The position numbers were made by a program, and so were the translations under genes. Under the pieces are notes generated by a model. That model saw nothing but the letters and a program-made list of their open reading frames with translations, was not told the origin of the DNA and made no database searches. A stretch of 59,507 bases of DNA, the filler included. It is 8 parts of 8 records of this genome, joined end to end, with 100 filler letters (N's around TTAATTAATTAA, not from the genome) between each part and the next. Parts side by side here need not be neighbours in the genome. Positions count along the whole stretch, not along the records: positions 1 to 10,680 come from SRR31147125_253047; 7 more parts are not named here. One strand, written 5' to 3'. Within the stretch, counting starts at the first letter, position 1; every line of letters begins with the position of its first letter. This document shows positions 1-10,309 of the stretch, in pieces.

Positions 1-39
1 GGGGGAGCCCCTTGGGAGAGTGGGATGAAGTACACCGGT

Positions 40-2247
40 TCAGGCTGTCAGGATCCGGTATGCATGGGACATCTTTGCCGGCAGACTCTCGATTTTGTTT
101 ATGAAGATGTAGTTTCCGGTGCCGAACATGTGATCGAGGTAGTCATGGCTCTGCTTGTCCACGGTTATGCAGAACGGCCTGATTCCTTTTCCCTGAGCTT
201 CGAGCAGCGCCTTTCGGGTATCCTCGATCGCATAGGTTCCGTTATACCCGTCATAATCTTCGGGTTTCCCGTCCGACAGGGTGATCAGCAGCCGGGTTCT
301 GCTATCGGATGCATCGAGCACGGTAGTGAGGTGCCGTATCGCCGGGGCCATTCTCGTATAGTCTTTCGGTCCGAGTGCCGAGATCCTGTCCCGCACTGAA
401 TCGTCGTAATGTTCGTCGATCGTCTTGATGTGATAGAGCTTGCACCGGGAGCGCTTCATCCCCGAGAAACCGTAGATGCCGTAGCGATCTCCCACCTTTT
501 CCATCGCCTCACACAGGAGCACCAGCGCCTCCTTGATGAAGGTGGAAATCCAGCCGGACGTCGAATTGGACATATCGATGAGGAAGAGTACGGTGATGTC
601 TCTTGTATCGCGCTGCAGCCGCACGAACAGCCGTTCGCCGATCACTGCCCCAGCCCGCCGGTCTCCCATCGCATCGATTACCGCATCGAGATCGATGTCG
701 TCACCGTCCCGCTGCCGACGAACATATCGATGTTCACAACGCATCATCTCGAACTGGTTTCTCAGCCGCTTTCTCAGACCGCTGTGTTTATGCAGCGTCC
801 GCTGTATGAAATCGCTTTTTACGGCAGGCAGCTCTTCGTCACGGACCATGCACCAGTCCCGGCGATACCCGTTTCTCCGGCAGTCCCATTCATCGTACAC
901 GTAGCCGTCCACACCCCCATTAGCGGGTTCGTCTTCGATCATTGCGGGAGATCCATCGCCGGTCCTGCCTCCGCCAGACAACCCTGCCGCCGCCTGGACA
1001 TAGCTGATCGGCAGGGAACCGAGGTCCTCAACGATACGACGGGCGACGGCGGCCAGTTCGTCCGGAATGACCACGTTGTCATTGTCTATCCGCATGACCG
1101 GACGTTCTTTTTTCGCCAGCGCCCGCGGCAGCGATTCGGAGATTACCCAGGCGGCTGCGTCGGTATCGGCACTCCCGCTGTTTCCGCCACCCAGCTCATC
1201 CGCATCCGTCTTCGATTCCACCCCTCCGGGTGGCATGATACGGGCGAGCATCGTAACAAAACGCCTCTTCTCCCGTTCGCGCCGCTGCGCGATCACCGCT
1301 CCGGCACGGGTCAGGTTCAGGACGCCAATCAGGTAGTTCTGGGCAGGAGACAACAAGCTATCCAGCTCCTCCCGGTGCGCATCGCGAAAACCTGCGTACT
1401 CCCCGGGAGTGATAGAACAGGCACAATCCCCTGCTCTCTTGAGCGGTGAACCGGTTTCGATCAGGCTCCAATAGCCGGCCATGACGCGATTGATGCCACT
1501 CCCGTTTTCCGGAAGAAACCGTGCCTTTATCAATGGGGCACTCCTGCTCCACAAACCAGGCAGCTCTTCCCTGATAAACCGCAAGCCCTGGATGAACAGA
1601 AAAGTCCTGAAGGCCAGATCGTCGCCCTCGATAGCCATGATCTGGTCTTCCCCAGCTCCGCTATCGGACCAGTTCTCGAGCGTCTCAAAGACGCGCAGTT
1701 TGAGCAGAACCGCCTGGTAGCTCAGCAGGAACTTGTACAGTGTGCTGTTTTCCTCCCGCGTCGCGCAGACCGTGAGTTCCGCGGGCAGATAGATCGTCTC
1801 CGTATCGGTCCAGACCGCACGGTCTTCACCGACAGAGAGGGGGCGCCCCGAGACCCCGCGGATATAGTGCGTCAACCGCCCGCTGAGCTCTGCCAGGGAT
1901 ACAGAGGAAGAACCTTCCTGTTTCGTCAGGAAATTCACCCGAGCATCACTCATGAACGCTTCCGCCGCGCGCAACCCGCCCCGCTCATAGGTCGACAGAA
2001 GCTGCCGGACCCATTCGGCCAGCAACGCAGGGGGAATCTCATGGATCTGCCCTGCCCCGTTCCTCAGGTATCCGAAGCAGAGACTGTGACTGATCGGCCA
2101 GACCGCCGGGACATACTCGAGCAGCAGTCTGATCTGCTCTCCGGTAAGCGCTTCAAGCGTGTCGACGATCTCCTCGATATCCCACTCGTTCGGTCGGGAC
2201 GGGGCGATGAGATCGTAAAACGAAGCCGATATGTCCGCTCTGTTCAT
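40..2247 (-). CDS. NorD/CbbO-family von Willebrand A domain protein (AAA+ adaptor) with long N-terminal extension
   Basis: C-terminal vWA domain with MIDAS motif FLIDMSNST, plus YTRMAPAIRH and LSDGKPED. YDEWD and DGDDIDLDA motifs are typical of NorD/CbbO. Lies 4 nt downstream of a CbbQ/NorQ gene. Confidence 0.9.
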   Translation of the reverse strand: MNRADISASFYDLIAPSRPNEWDIEEIVDTLEALTGEQIRLLLEYVPAVWPISHSLCFGYLRNGAGQIHEIPPALLAEWVRQLLSTYERGGLRAAEAFMSDARVNFLTKQEGSSSVSLAELSGRLTHYIRGVSGRPLSVGEDRAVWTDTETIYLPAELTVCATREENSTLYKFLLSYQAVLLKLRVFETLENWSDSGAGEDQIMAIEGDDLAFRTFLFIQGLRFIREELPGLWSRSAPLIKARFLPENGSGINRVMAGYWSLIETGSPLKRAGDCACSITPGEYAGFRDAHREELDSLLSPAQNYLIGVLNLTRAGAVIAQRREREKRRFVTMLARIMPPGGVESKTDADELGGGNSGSADTDAAAWVISESLPRALAKKERPVMRIDNDNVVIPDELAAVARRIVEDLGSLPISYVQAAAGLSGGGRTGDGSPAMIEDEPANGGVDGYVYDEWDCRRNGYRRDWCMVRDEELPAVKSDFIQRTLHKHSGLRKRLRNQFEMMRCEHRYVRRQRDGDDIDLDAVIDAMGDRRAGAVIGERLFVRLQRDTRDITVLFLIDMSNSTSGWISTFIKEALVLLCEAMEKVGDRYGIYGFSGMKRSRCKLYHIKTIDEHYDDSVRDRISALGPKDYTRMAPAIRHLTTVLDASDSRTRLLITLSDGKPEDYDGYNGTYAIEDTRKALLEAQGKGIRPFCITVDKQSHDYLDHMFGTGNYIFINKIESLPAKMSHAYRILTA

Positions 2248-2251
2248 TTGG

Positions 2252-3064
2252 CTAGAAAATAGAGAGTATCATCTCATCGAGGGCGGCCAGCAGCTCGGGA
2301 TCGTCGGTCAGGCTCTCCACGATGCCGGCCCGGCATGCGGTGATGGTATCGATGCCGGTGCCGGCGAGGAGCGCCGCCTGGATGAGCAGCCGTGTCGAGG
2401 CCCCTTCCGGCAGCCCCGAATCCTTGAGCCCCCGGGTCATCGTGCCGAGCTTCACCAGTTGTTCGGCGAAACGTTGATCGGCCCCGGACTCCTGCCTCAC
2501 CACTTCGACTTCGAGCGACGCGTCGGGATAATCGAACGCCAGGGACACGAACCGCTGCCGCGTGGACGGTTTGAGATCCTTCAGGATGGACTGGTAGCCG
2601 GGATTGTACGAAACGGCGAGCATGAAGTCGTCGGTCGCGCGATAGAGCATGCCCAGCTTCTCGATCGGCAGCTCACGCCGGTCATCGGCCAGAGGGTGAA
2701 TCACCACCGTCGTGTCCTTTCTCGCCTCGACGATCTCGTCGAGGTAACAGATTGCCCCGGTCTTCACCGCCATCGTCAGGGGACCGTCGACCCAGACCGC
2801 CTCATTGCCCTTCACGAGATACCTGCCGACCAGGTCGGAGGTGGACAGGTCGTCATGGCAGGACACCGTGATCAGGGGGCGTTGCAGCCGCCAGGCAAGA
2901 TACTGCATGAACCGGGTCTTCCCGCACCCCGTCGGCCCCTTGAGCAGGAGCGGCAGGTTGTGACGCTGGGCGGCCAGTGCGAGTTCGATCTCGTTGCCGT
3001 GGGGCAGGTAAAACGGTTCTTCGCTGATTCTGTGGTCAGCGAGACTTTTCTCTATGGATGTCAT
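2252..3064 (-). CDS. CbbQ/NirQ/NorQ family MoxR-type AAA+ ATPase
   Basis: Walker A GPTGCGKT, Walker B YLDEIVEAR, and family motifs SYNPGYQ..KDLKPSTRQRF and ASTRLL. ATG at 3064 chosen over the upstream TTG. Confidence 0.93.
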   Translation of the reverse strand: MTSIEKSLADHRISEEPFYLPHGNEIELALAAQRHNLPLLLKGPTGCGKTRFMQYLAWRLQRPLITVSCHDDLSTSDLVGRYLVKGNEAVWVDGPLTMAVKTGAICYLDEIVEARKDTTVVIHPLADDRRELPIEKLGMLYRATDDFMLAVSYNPGYQSILKDLKPSTRQRFVSLAFDYPDASLEVEVVRQESGADQRFAEQLVKLGTMTRGLKDSGLPEGASTRLLIQAALLAGTGIDTITACRAGIVESLTDDPELLAALDEMILSIF

Positions 3065-3186
3065 ATCGACCCTTGCATTGTTGATAATAATTCTCAACAA
3101 CAATAGGGGCTGAGATCATCCAGTGCAAGCGTAGGAGGAGTGTTTACGACAGATGCGGGGACAGGAGAATAAGCGGGAAAGGCAGA

Positions 3187-3558
3187 TCAGGGAACCGCAA
3201 AGACCGTGGATTCGAGAGAATACGACACTTTGACGCCGGTACGGGAGCACTTCAGAACATAACTGCCCTGCAGGTTGATATCGAGGTCCTCTCCGCACAG
3301 CCCCTGCAATTGCGCGAGGTAACAGAGCGACCCGTTCTTTTTCTTCTTCTTGGGCTGCCGCTTTACCCCGCCCTTGAAGCCCAGCATCGGCAGCTCACCT
3401 CTCTGCGCGCGCTTGGCGAGCTTCGGCTGCGATTCGCCGAGCAGTCTGCCCTCCTCCCAGCAAAGAATCAGCCCCCGGTCGTCGCCCCGCCACTTTTCAT
3501 CGGACGTCGGGTTGCTGCGTATGGCTTTTTTGATCGAGCGTTTGATATGCGTACCCAT
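3187..3558 (-). CDS. hypothetical basic protein, 123 aa
   Basis: ATG preceded by AGGAG; putative sigma70 promoter upstream; no family recognised. Confidence 0.6.
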   Translation of the reverse strand: MGTHIKRSIKKAIRSNPTSDEKWRGDDRGLILCWEEGRLLGESQPKLAKRAQRGELPMLGFKGGVKRQPKKKKKNGSLCYLAQLQGLCGEDLDINLQGSYVLKCSRTGVKVSYSLESTVFAVP

Positions 3559-3599
3559 CCTGACTCCTGATCACTGAGCGTAAATGAAATTTTGTATCA

Positions 3600-3629
3600 A
3601 TCGTAATGTAAGTAAAACAGTTGTGTCAA
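3600..3629 (-). promoter_or_regulatory. putative sigma70 promoter TTGACA-N18-TACGAT
   Basis: Minus-strand TTGACA (3629-3624) and TACGAT (3605-3600) in an AT-rich gap upstream of the 3558 ORF. Confidence 0.4.
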
Positions 3630-3716
3630 TATCGCAATTAGTTTGGATGTAACGTGCAGGTCTCATTGCGGGGAAGGTTCGTAGACCAGGGATGCACAAT
3701 GAACGTGCCGACTCAA

Positions 3717-4202
3717 TTACAGGGGAGGCCTATCGAGCGATGCTATTGTCCGGCAGTCGGCATTTTCCGTCGACACAGCAAAAAGAAACCTGTTCTCGGC
3801 ATCCTGATAACGGTACACAAGCTTCATGCCCGCCCCGATCATGGTTTCAATGACCGGCTCGGAACAGGCCCTGGTAACCGTATCCCTGGTCATGTTTTCT
3901 GAGATGTCAGCGAGCGAAGAAACGCCCTCAATCTGCTGTTTGGTCAGGAGAACAGTTACAAATACGACAATGGTCTCCGGGAAGGAGTAATTCACCTTGC
4001 GAAGCCTGGTGAAGCTGTCGATCTGCATCGGCATGGAGCGGGCCATCTGGTTTGAAATGAGTTGCGTTGCAGCGGGAAGGCCATTGGCATGCAGGTAGTC
4101 CTGTAGCTCCTGCAGGCTCCGGTCCTGCTCTTCACCGCCATAGGCAACGCCCGACAACAGACAGAAAAGAATTGACCCGATATACACAATTTTCGTTTTC
4201 AT
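3717..4202 (-). CDS. secreted/periplasmic hypothetical protein (possibly GspS2/AspS- or PA3611-like)
   Basis: Signal peptide MKTKIVYIGSILFCLLSGVAYG after GGAGGG. The PMQIDSFTRL segment recalls the LPxxIDxxTxL family motif. Confidence 0.55.
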   Translation of the reverse strand: MKTKIVYIGSILFCLLSGVAYGGEEQDRSLQELQDYLHANGLPAATQLISNQMARSMPMQIDSFTRLRKVNYSFPETIVVFVTVLLTKQQIEGVSSLADISENMTRDTVTRACSEPVIETMIGAGMKLVYRYQDAENRFLFAVSTENADCRTIASLDRPPL

Positions 4203-4324
4203 GGCACCCTCCCGGCAGATCGACACTCCATGTCCAGCCTGATGCAGAAAAACCCTACCCGGCCTTCCCGCGAGACGCGCAACCCACAACCGCGCCGCGT
4301 GCCTCTTAATCATTGTTTAACAGA

Positions 4325-4522
4325 TTACTCATCAAGCACCGATCCAACCCGGATTCCCACATAGTCAAACCGCGTACACACGGCGCTGTTCTCGATTTTG
4401 ACCGCACCGAGTGTGGCTCCGGTGTCCTCCTCGAACTCCTTGATCAGGCGTGAAAGCGTATCATCAAGGCGACGTTTCTTCTGCATCAGCTTTGCTACGG
4501 TGATATGCTCGGCCATTCGCAT
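4325..4522 (-). CDS. small hypothetical protein, 65 aa
   Basis: AAGGAG RBS inside the end of the upstream HTH gene; amphipathic N-terminus. Confidence 0.5.
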   Translation of the reverse strand: MRMAEHITVAKLMQKKRRLDDTLSRLIKEFEEDTGATLGAVKIENSAVCTRFDYVGIRVGSVLDE

Positions 4523-4727
4523 CGATCTCCTTCTCGAACTCTTTTAAAAGACTGTTTTTATATATGAATTCAAGGCTCCATATGTGTCGTGCCAGCAACC
4601 CGGTGCCCCGTTCCCCCCGTTCGTATTTACGATAATGGTCTGCTGATACACCGAACAGCTTTGCCATACGTTTGCGACTGTACCCCAGCTCCTTTCTGAG
4701 TTTCCCCAAGCGAACATGCCATTCCAT
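4464..4727 (-). CDS. XRE/Cro-C1 helix-turn-helix protein
   Basis: LGKLRKELGYSRKRMAKLFGVSADHYRKYERGER matches the HTH_3 pattern. Confidence 0.8.
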   Translation of the reverse strand: MEWHVRLGKLRKELGYSRKRMAKLFGVSADHYRKYERGERGTGLLARHIWSLEFIYKNSLLKEFEKEIDANGRAYHRSKADAEETSP

Positions 4728-4953
4728 TCACACACGCCTCACAATACGTTCCGTCTTATTTTTTAATACGTTTCGCCCCGTCTGGCAACCAATATCTCGA
4801 ATAGTTTTATAACTCGAACCTAACATAACCCATCCATAATGACAAATTAACCAATCCCAAACACGTCCCAGACTAGGGTTACGGCGTTTGCACATGCTGT
4901 GAACAAGTCACATCAGTTTTCCACTCAGATCAAACAGACAACGAGGAACCAGT

Positions 4954-7017
4954 ATGAAAAAGAAGATATCCAGCTATTGTATTGCCGCTCTCGTTTCTGG
5001 GGCATTCATCCTCCCCGCAATGAGTACGACCGCCTTCGGCTCTGCATGCCCCGCACTCACGGTTAAAGACAGCAAGGGCATCTCCAGCGATTACCCCTAC
5101 CAATTCGAACTGGCGGAATTTGAGCAGAAAGCAGATTGCCAGGTTGCATTCGCTGAAAATCCCGACATCAAGGCACTGAACGGAAAAATCACGGGGAATA
5201 CACCTGAGATCGGAGCAGTCCAGAATCGTATACCGGAGGAGCCACTTGTTTATATGCCCTATGACGAAATCGGGACCTACGGTGGAACGCTGAGCGGACT
5301 GTCTAAGGGAACGGAATCGGGAACCTCTGACCTGCTCTCGATTCGGCACGTAAACTTCGTTCGCTACAGCGATGATCTGCAGACGGTCGTGCCCAATATC
5401 GCCAAGAGCTGGAAATGGAACAACGATTATACTGAACTGGTCATCGAACTTCGCAAAGGCCACAAATGGTCTGACGGTCACCCGTTCACCGCAGAGGATG
5501 TCGTCTTCTGGTACGAGGATTTGATCCTCAACGAGAATATCTACGAGAAAACTCCGGACCGCTGGCTGTTCGCCGGAAAACCGATGCAGGTAACTGCTTT
5601 AGACGAGACCACCGTGAGATTCGCGTTCCCGGTTCCGACCCCCGGCATCCTCAATCGCTTTGCGGTCGATTACGGACAACCGTTTCAGCCGAAGCACTTC
5701 CTCAAGCAGCTCCACGGCAAATACAATACGGAGGCAGATGCGCTTGCCAAAGAGAAAGGGCTGAAAAACTGGTCGGAACTCATCAAGAAATACTATGCGG
5801 GATCCGACTGGAAAGACGTACCGACTCCCCTGCTGAGCGGTTTCGACAGCCAGGTCGTTCCCACGCTGGAGTCCCATATCGTGATTGAGGACACCTCCAC
5901 CGGCCGTCACCTTGTCGCCAACCCCTACTTTCACATCCTCGATACCGCAGGCAACCAGCTGCCCTATATCAACGAGATCTCCGAAGCATACGTAAAAGAC
6001 AAGGAAGTACAAAACCTCAAGATCACCAACGGAGAAATCACCTACAAGCAGCAGGCCGTCTTCATTGAGGACTTTCCACTCCTGAAGGAAAACGAGGACA
6101 AGGGCAGCTACCAGGTTGACCTTGCTCCCGCACTCGGCGAGAACATTTTCTACTCGTTCAATACGACCGTGAAGGACGAGACGCTGCGCTCGATCTTTAA
6201 CGATGTCCGCTTCAGGCAGGCGATGTCTCTGGCGCTGAACCGCGAGGAAATCAACGAGATCGTTTTTCTCGGCCAGGGTAAGCCGATGCAGGTCATGCCG
6301 GCTGAGCCGGCCACGGTTTCCTTCGTAACAGACGACGTCAAGAATTCCTACATCGACTTCGCCCCCGACAAGTCGAAAAAACTGCTTAACGAAATGGGTC
6401 TGAGCGACGCCAACAACGACGGCATCCTCGAGCGCCCCGACGGCAAACCGCTGGTGATCCGCCTGGTATACACGAACCAGGGCGCACCGGTAAAGCTGCA
6501 TGAACTGGTGCGTGATTACTGGAACGATGTCGGCATCCGTGTAGATCTCAAGGAAGTATCCTCAGACGAATACCGCGCGTCCGGCAACAACAACGACCTG
6601 GAAATCACCACCTGGAAAAACGACGGCGTCTCCGGCCCGACCATCTCCCAGGATTTCACTGCAATGGTTCCGCCGTTCGGCGATTACTTCAACCCGGGAA
6701 CCGGTTTTGACTGGGCCGCCTGGAAGACGTCCAACGGCGCTGAGGGAATCGAACCGCCGGCCGAGGTCCAGAATCTCTACAGCCTTGCCGAAAAGTTCAT
6801 CCAGGTTCCGCTCGGCACCGCTGAATCCGACAAAATCGGACAGGAAATCGTCAAGGTTCACGTCGACAATCTCTGGAAAATCGGAACGGTCGGGGAGATC
6901 GTCAATCCGGTCATGCACCGCAACGATCTTGGCAACTTCAAGAAGTTCACCGCCAAGACGTACGATTACTACTGGACCTACCCGTACCGCTCAACTCAGT
7001 GGTACCTTAAGAAATAA
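4954..7017 (+). CDS. ABC transporter family-5 substrate-binding protein (peptide/nickel/oligosaccharide type)
   Basis: Signal peptide; LRKGHKWSDGHPFTAEDV and DVRFRQAMSLALNREEI motifs; first gene of an Opp/Dpp-type operon. Confidence 0.93.
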   Translation: MKKKISSYCIAALVSGAFILPAMSTTAFGSACPALTVKDSKGISSDYPYQFELAEFEQKADCQVAFAENPDIKALNGKITGNTPEIGAVQNRIPEEPLVYMPYDEIGTYGGTLSGLSKGTESGTSDLLSIRHVNFVRYSDDLQTVVPNIAKSWKWNNDYTELVIELRKGHKWSDGHPFTAEDVVFWYEDLILNENIYEKTPDRWLFAGKPMQVTALDETTVRFAFPVPTPGILNRFAVDYGQPFQPKHFLKQLHGKYNTEADALAKEKGLKNWSELIKKYYAGSDWKDVPTPLLSGFDSQVVPTLESHIVIEDTSTGRHLVANPYFHILDTAGNQLPYINEISEAYVKDKEVQNLKITNGEITYKQQAVFIEDFPLLKENEDKGSYQVDLAPALGENIFYSFNTTVKDETLRSIFNDVRFRQAMSLALNREEINEIVFLGQGKPMQVMPAEPATVSFVTDDVKNSYIDFAPDKSKKLLNEMGLSDANNDGILERPDGKPLVIRLVYTNQGAPVKLHELVRDYWNDVGIRVDLKEVSSDEYRASGNNNDLEITTWKNDGVSGPTISQDFTAMVPPFGDYFNPGTGFDWAAWKTSNGAEGIEPPAEVQNLYSLAEKFIQVPLGTAESDKIGQEIVKVHVDNLWKIGTVGEIVNPVMHRNDLGNFKKFTAKTYDYYWTYPYRSTQWYLKK

Positions 7018-7031
7018 TCACGGCTCACTAT

Positions 7032-7056
7032 GGATGGGTCCCGCCGGGGCCCATCC
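7032..7056 (+). terminator. intercistronic stem-loop after the binding-protein gene
   Basis: GGATGGGTCCC-GCC-GGGGCCCATCC, 11-bp stem with one G-U pair, no U tract. More likely an mRNA stabiliser than a terminator. Confidence 0.55.
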
Positions 7057-7073
7057 GCTCACTTCGGATATCC

Positions 7074-8069
7074 ATGCTCAGATTTATTGTCCACCGCCTT
7101 GCGGGCCTCGTCATCACCATGTTTTTCGTATCGATCATGGTATTCGTCATCATGGAACTGCCCCCCGGCGACTATGCCGACCGCTACGCCTTCCGAAAAT
7201 ATTCCGGCACCGGCGTCAACGTGACTGAAGGGGATATCGAAAACATCCGCCGTGACTTCGGGCTCGACCGGCCGGCCTGGCAGCGCTATGGGATCTGGAT
7301 CGGCGGCATCGTCACGAAATTTGACTTCGGGGAATCGTTTGCATACGAGACGTCGGTCAACAACGTACTCGGCAAACGGCTCTGGCTGACCCTCGCGATC
7401 CTCTTCTCCACCCTCACCCTCACCTATCTGCTGGCGATTCCGATCGCGATCTATGCCGCGATACACCGGCATTCGTTCACCGACTATTCGCTCACGGTCG
7501 TCAGTTACCTGGGGCTGGCCCTGCCGAACTTTCTGCTCGCCCTGATTCTGCTCTACATCTCCGTTACCGTTTTCGACTCCAACGTCGGCGGGCTGTTCTC
7601 CCCGGAGATGGAGAAGGCTCCCTGGTCGTTCGCAAAGGTTATCGACCTCGCAAAACACCTCGTCATACCGGCAGTCGTGCTCGCCTGGTCCGCAACCGCC
7701 CTGCAGATACAGACCGTTCGCGCGACCATGCTTGATGAGCTCAACAAGCTCTCCGTCGTCGCCGCCCGCGCCCGCGGCATCCCGGAATGGAAGCTGCTGC
7801 TCAAATACCCGGCAAGACTGGCCATCAACCCGGTGGTCAGCACCATCGGGTTCGACGTCAACCGCATATTCTCCGAGTTGCCGATCGTCGCGCTGGTTCT
7901 CGGGCTGCCCGAACTCGGAGAACTACTCATCCAGTCATATCTCGACCTCGATATGTACGTCGCCGGGGCAATCCTGCTGCTGCTGACATTGTTCATCGTG
8001 TTGATGAATTTCGTGTCCGATATCGCTCTGGCCGTCCTCGACCCGAGGATTTCGCTCGAAGGAGGCTGA
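7074..8069 (+). CDS. ABC permease, OppB/DppB family
   Basis: LPPGD N-terminal motif, several TM helices, EAA-like loop VVAARARGIPE. Confidence 0.93.
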   Translation: MLRFIVHRLAGLVITMFFVSIMVFVIMELPPGDYADRYAFRKYSGTGVNVTEGDIENIRRDFGLDRPAWQRYGIWIGGIVTKFDFGESFAYETSVNNVLGKRLWLTLAILFSTLTLTYLLAIPIAIYAAIHRHSFTDYSLTVVSYLGLALPNFLLALILLYISVTVFDSNVGGLFSPEMEKAPWSFAKVIDLAKHLVIPAVVLAWSATALQIQTVRATMLDELNKLSVVAARARGIPEWKLLLKYPARLAINPVVSTIGFDVNRIFSELPIVALVLGLPELGELLIQSYLDLDMYVAGAILLLLTLFIVLMNFVSDIALAVLDPRISLEGG

Positions 8070-8073
8070 GATC

Positions 8074-9213
8074 ATGACGGATTCCGCTGTCTCCCCCATA
8101 CAGAAATCGGCATCGAACAAGAACCTGAAGTACTATACCGCGTCGCAATGGCAGCTGGTCTGGTGGCGTTTCAAGCGACACAAAATGGCCATGGCCGGTG
8201 CGTCGATCCTCCTGATAATGACACTGCTCGGCGTCTTTGCTGATTTCATCGCCCCGTACTCGATAACCGCCCGAGATCGTGCCTATATCATGGGTCCCCC
8301 GCAGGGTGTCAAGTTCTGGGATCAAAACGGTTTTTCCGCCCGGCCGTTCGTGCACGGAATAAAGACCTCGCGAGATCCGGTTACCCTGAGGAAAATCGCT
8401 ACCGTAGACCCGGAGACCCGCCGCTACGTGAGTCTTTTCGTATCCGGCAGCGAGTACAAACTGTTCGGACTCTTTCTGACGGATGCCCACCTCTTCGGAC
8501 TCTCGGACGGTAGACTCCACCTCTTCGGAACCGACGAACTCGGACGCGACCTTTTTTCCCGAACCCTGCACGCGACCGGCACGTCAATGTCAATTGGTAT
8601 CCTCGGGGTTGTCGTCGCTTTTATCCTTGCCCTGATCATCGGCGGGATCGCCGGCTACTTTGGCGGCATCATCGATTACGTGATCCAGCGGATTACGGAG
8701 ATCGTCCGCGTGATTCCGGTCATCCCTCTCTACATGGGCCTCGCCGCCGCATTTCCGAAAGAATGGTCCAATATCCAGGTGTACTTCGCGATGACGATGA
8801 TCTTCGGTCTGATCGGCTGGCCGACCCTTTCAAGACGAATACGCAGTCACCTGCTCGGGCAACGCACTGAAGACTACGTGATGGCGGCAGAGCTCTCAGG
8901 AGCCTCGGCACAGCGGGTCATCAGCAAACACCTGCTGCCGAGCTTCACCAGCTATATCATCGTCGACCTGGTCATCAGCTTTCCGTACATGATCCTCAGC
9001 GAGACCGCCCTCAGTTTCATCGGTCTCGGACTCCGTCCGCCCAGCGTTTCCTGGGGAATCATGCTACAGGACGCCCAGAATATCAGGGCTATCGAGCAGG
9101 CTCCGTGGTTTTTCCTGCCGGCCCTTTTCGTCGTCGTAGCGGTCCTCGCGTTCACCCTGCTCGGCGATGGACTGCGTGATGCCGCCGACCCCTATTCAGT
9201 ATCAGCTCATTGA
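8074..9213 (+). CDS. ABC permease, OppC/DppC family
   Basis: HLFGTDELGRDLFSR, YVMAAELSGAS and ETALSFIGLG motifs. Confidence 0.93.
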   Translation: MTDSAVSPIQKSASNKNLKYYTASQWQLVWWRFKRHKMAMAGASILLIMTLLGVFADFIAPYSITARDRAYIMGPPQGVKFWDQNGFSARPFVHGIKTSRDPVTLRKIATVDPETRRYVSLFVSGSEYKLFGLFLTDAHLFGLSDGRLHLFGTDELGRDLFSRTLHATGTSMSIGILGVVVAFILALIIGGIAGYFGGIIDYVIQRITEIVRVIPVIPLYMGLAAAFPKEWSNIQVYFAMTMIFGLIGWPTLSRRIRSHLLGQRTEDYVMAAELSGASAQRVISKHLLPSFTSYIIVDLVISFPYMILSETALSFIGLGLRPPSVSWGIMLQDAQNIRAIEQAPWFFLPALFVVVAVLAFTLLGDGLRDAADPYSVSAH

Positions 9214-9218
9214 GAATT

Positions 9219-10295
9219 ATGGACACAGATCTGCTCATAGACGTCAGGGATCTCAGGGTCTCCTTCACAACAGACGAAGGAATCATCACCCCGGTGGATC
9301 GGGTGAACTACCGGATTCGCCGGAAAAAGACCCTCGGAATCGTCGGGGAATCCGGATCCGGAAAAAGCGTCAGCACCCGTGCACTCACCAGACTGCTTCC
9401 CAAAAACGCACTCATCGATCCAGCCTCGCAGATTCTTTTCTACCCTTCCCCCGACAGCGACCCGGTCGATATCGTGAAACTGCCTCCACGGGGCAGCGAG
9501 GTCAGAAAGCTGCGGGGCGGTGAGATATCGATGATTTTCCAGGAGCCGATGGCGTCCTTTTCACCGGTCTACACTATCGGGAACCAGATCGCCGAAGCGG
9601 TTTGCTGCTGCCACCGCGGTTCGTCTTCGAGTCCCCTTGGTGCCACCGAGACCATCGGGAACCAGATTGGAGAAGGGGTAAGAGCCCAGGGCGCGCTCAC
9701 CAGAAAACAGGCGAGGGCGATCGCCGTCGACATGCTCCACCGTGTTGGTATCGCCAACCCTGAGCTCCGGGTAAACCAGTATCCTCACGAATTGTCGGGC
9801 GGCATGCGCCAGCGGGCGATGATAGCGATCGCGCTGGCGACCTCCCCGAAAGTGCTGATAGCCGACGAACCGACAACGGCGCTCGACGTAACCATCCAGG
9901 CCCAGATCCTCGAATTGATGAAGCAGCTCCAGGACGAGTTGTCCATGTCGATTATCTTCATCACCCACGATATGGGAGTTATCGCCCAGGTTGCCGACGA
10001 AGTCGCGGTCATGTACCTCGGCACGATCGTCGAACGGGGACCGACCGCGGATATAATCAACGACCCACTGCACCCCTACACCAGGGGTCTGCTCAACGCG
10101 ATTCCGCGCATCGACCGGCTTGGTGAACGCCTTGAAGCGGTGGGCGGAGATATCCCCGGACCGCTCGAACGTCCTGCAGGATGCCCGTTTCACCCCCGGT
10201 GCGTCCACTGCATTCCAGGCGTGTGTGACCAGAAAGTCCCCGATCGTATCGAAAAGAGCCCGGACCACTTCGTCCGTTGCGCGCTTCACCTCTAG
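9219..10295 (+). CDS. ABC ATPase, OppD/DppD family
   Basis: [26 protein letters not shown]-terminal GCPFHPRC. Confidence 0.93.
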   Translation: MDTDLLIDVRDLRVSFTTDEGIITPVDRVNYRIRRKKTLGIVGESGSGKSVSTRALTRLLPKNALIDPASQILFYPSPDSDPVDIVKLPPRGSEVRKLRGGEISMIFQEPMASFSPVYTIGNQIAEAVCCCHRGSSSSPLGATETIGNQIGEGVRAQGALTRKQARAIAVDMLHRVGIANPELRVNQYPHELSGGMRQRAMIAIALATSPKVLIADEPTTALDVTIQAQILELMKQLQDELSMSIIFITHDMGVIAQVADEVAVMYLGTIVERGPTADIINDPLHPYTRGLLNAIPRIDRLGERLEAVGGDIPGPLERPAGCPFHPRCVHCIPGVCDQKVPDRIEKSPDHFVRCALHL

Positions 10296-10309
10296 AGCCA
10301 GAGAAAAAA

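Noticed and set aside
409-3106. Long plus-strand ORFs (346 aa, 291 aa) and similar antisense ORFs elsewhere, e.g. 5599-6501, 19082-20536, 35006-35878, 53077-54126
   Set aside because: Shadow frames opposite well-supported genes in GC-rich DNA, with no recognisable motifs.
4898-4912. TGTGA-N5-TCACA as a CRP site upstream of the ABC operon
   Set aside because: The spacer is 5 nt rather than 6; it may be an operator but cannot be assigned.
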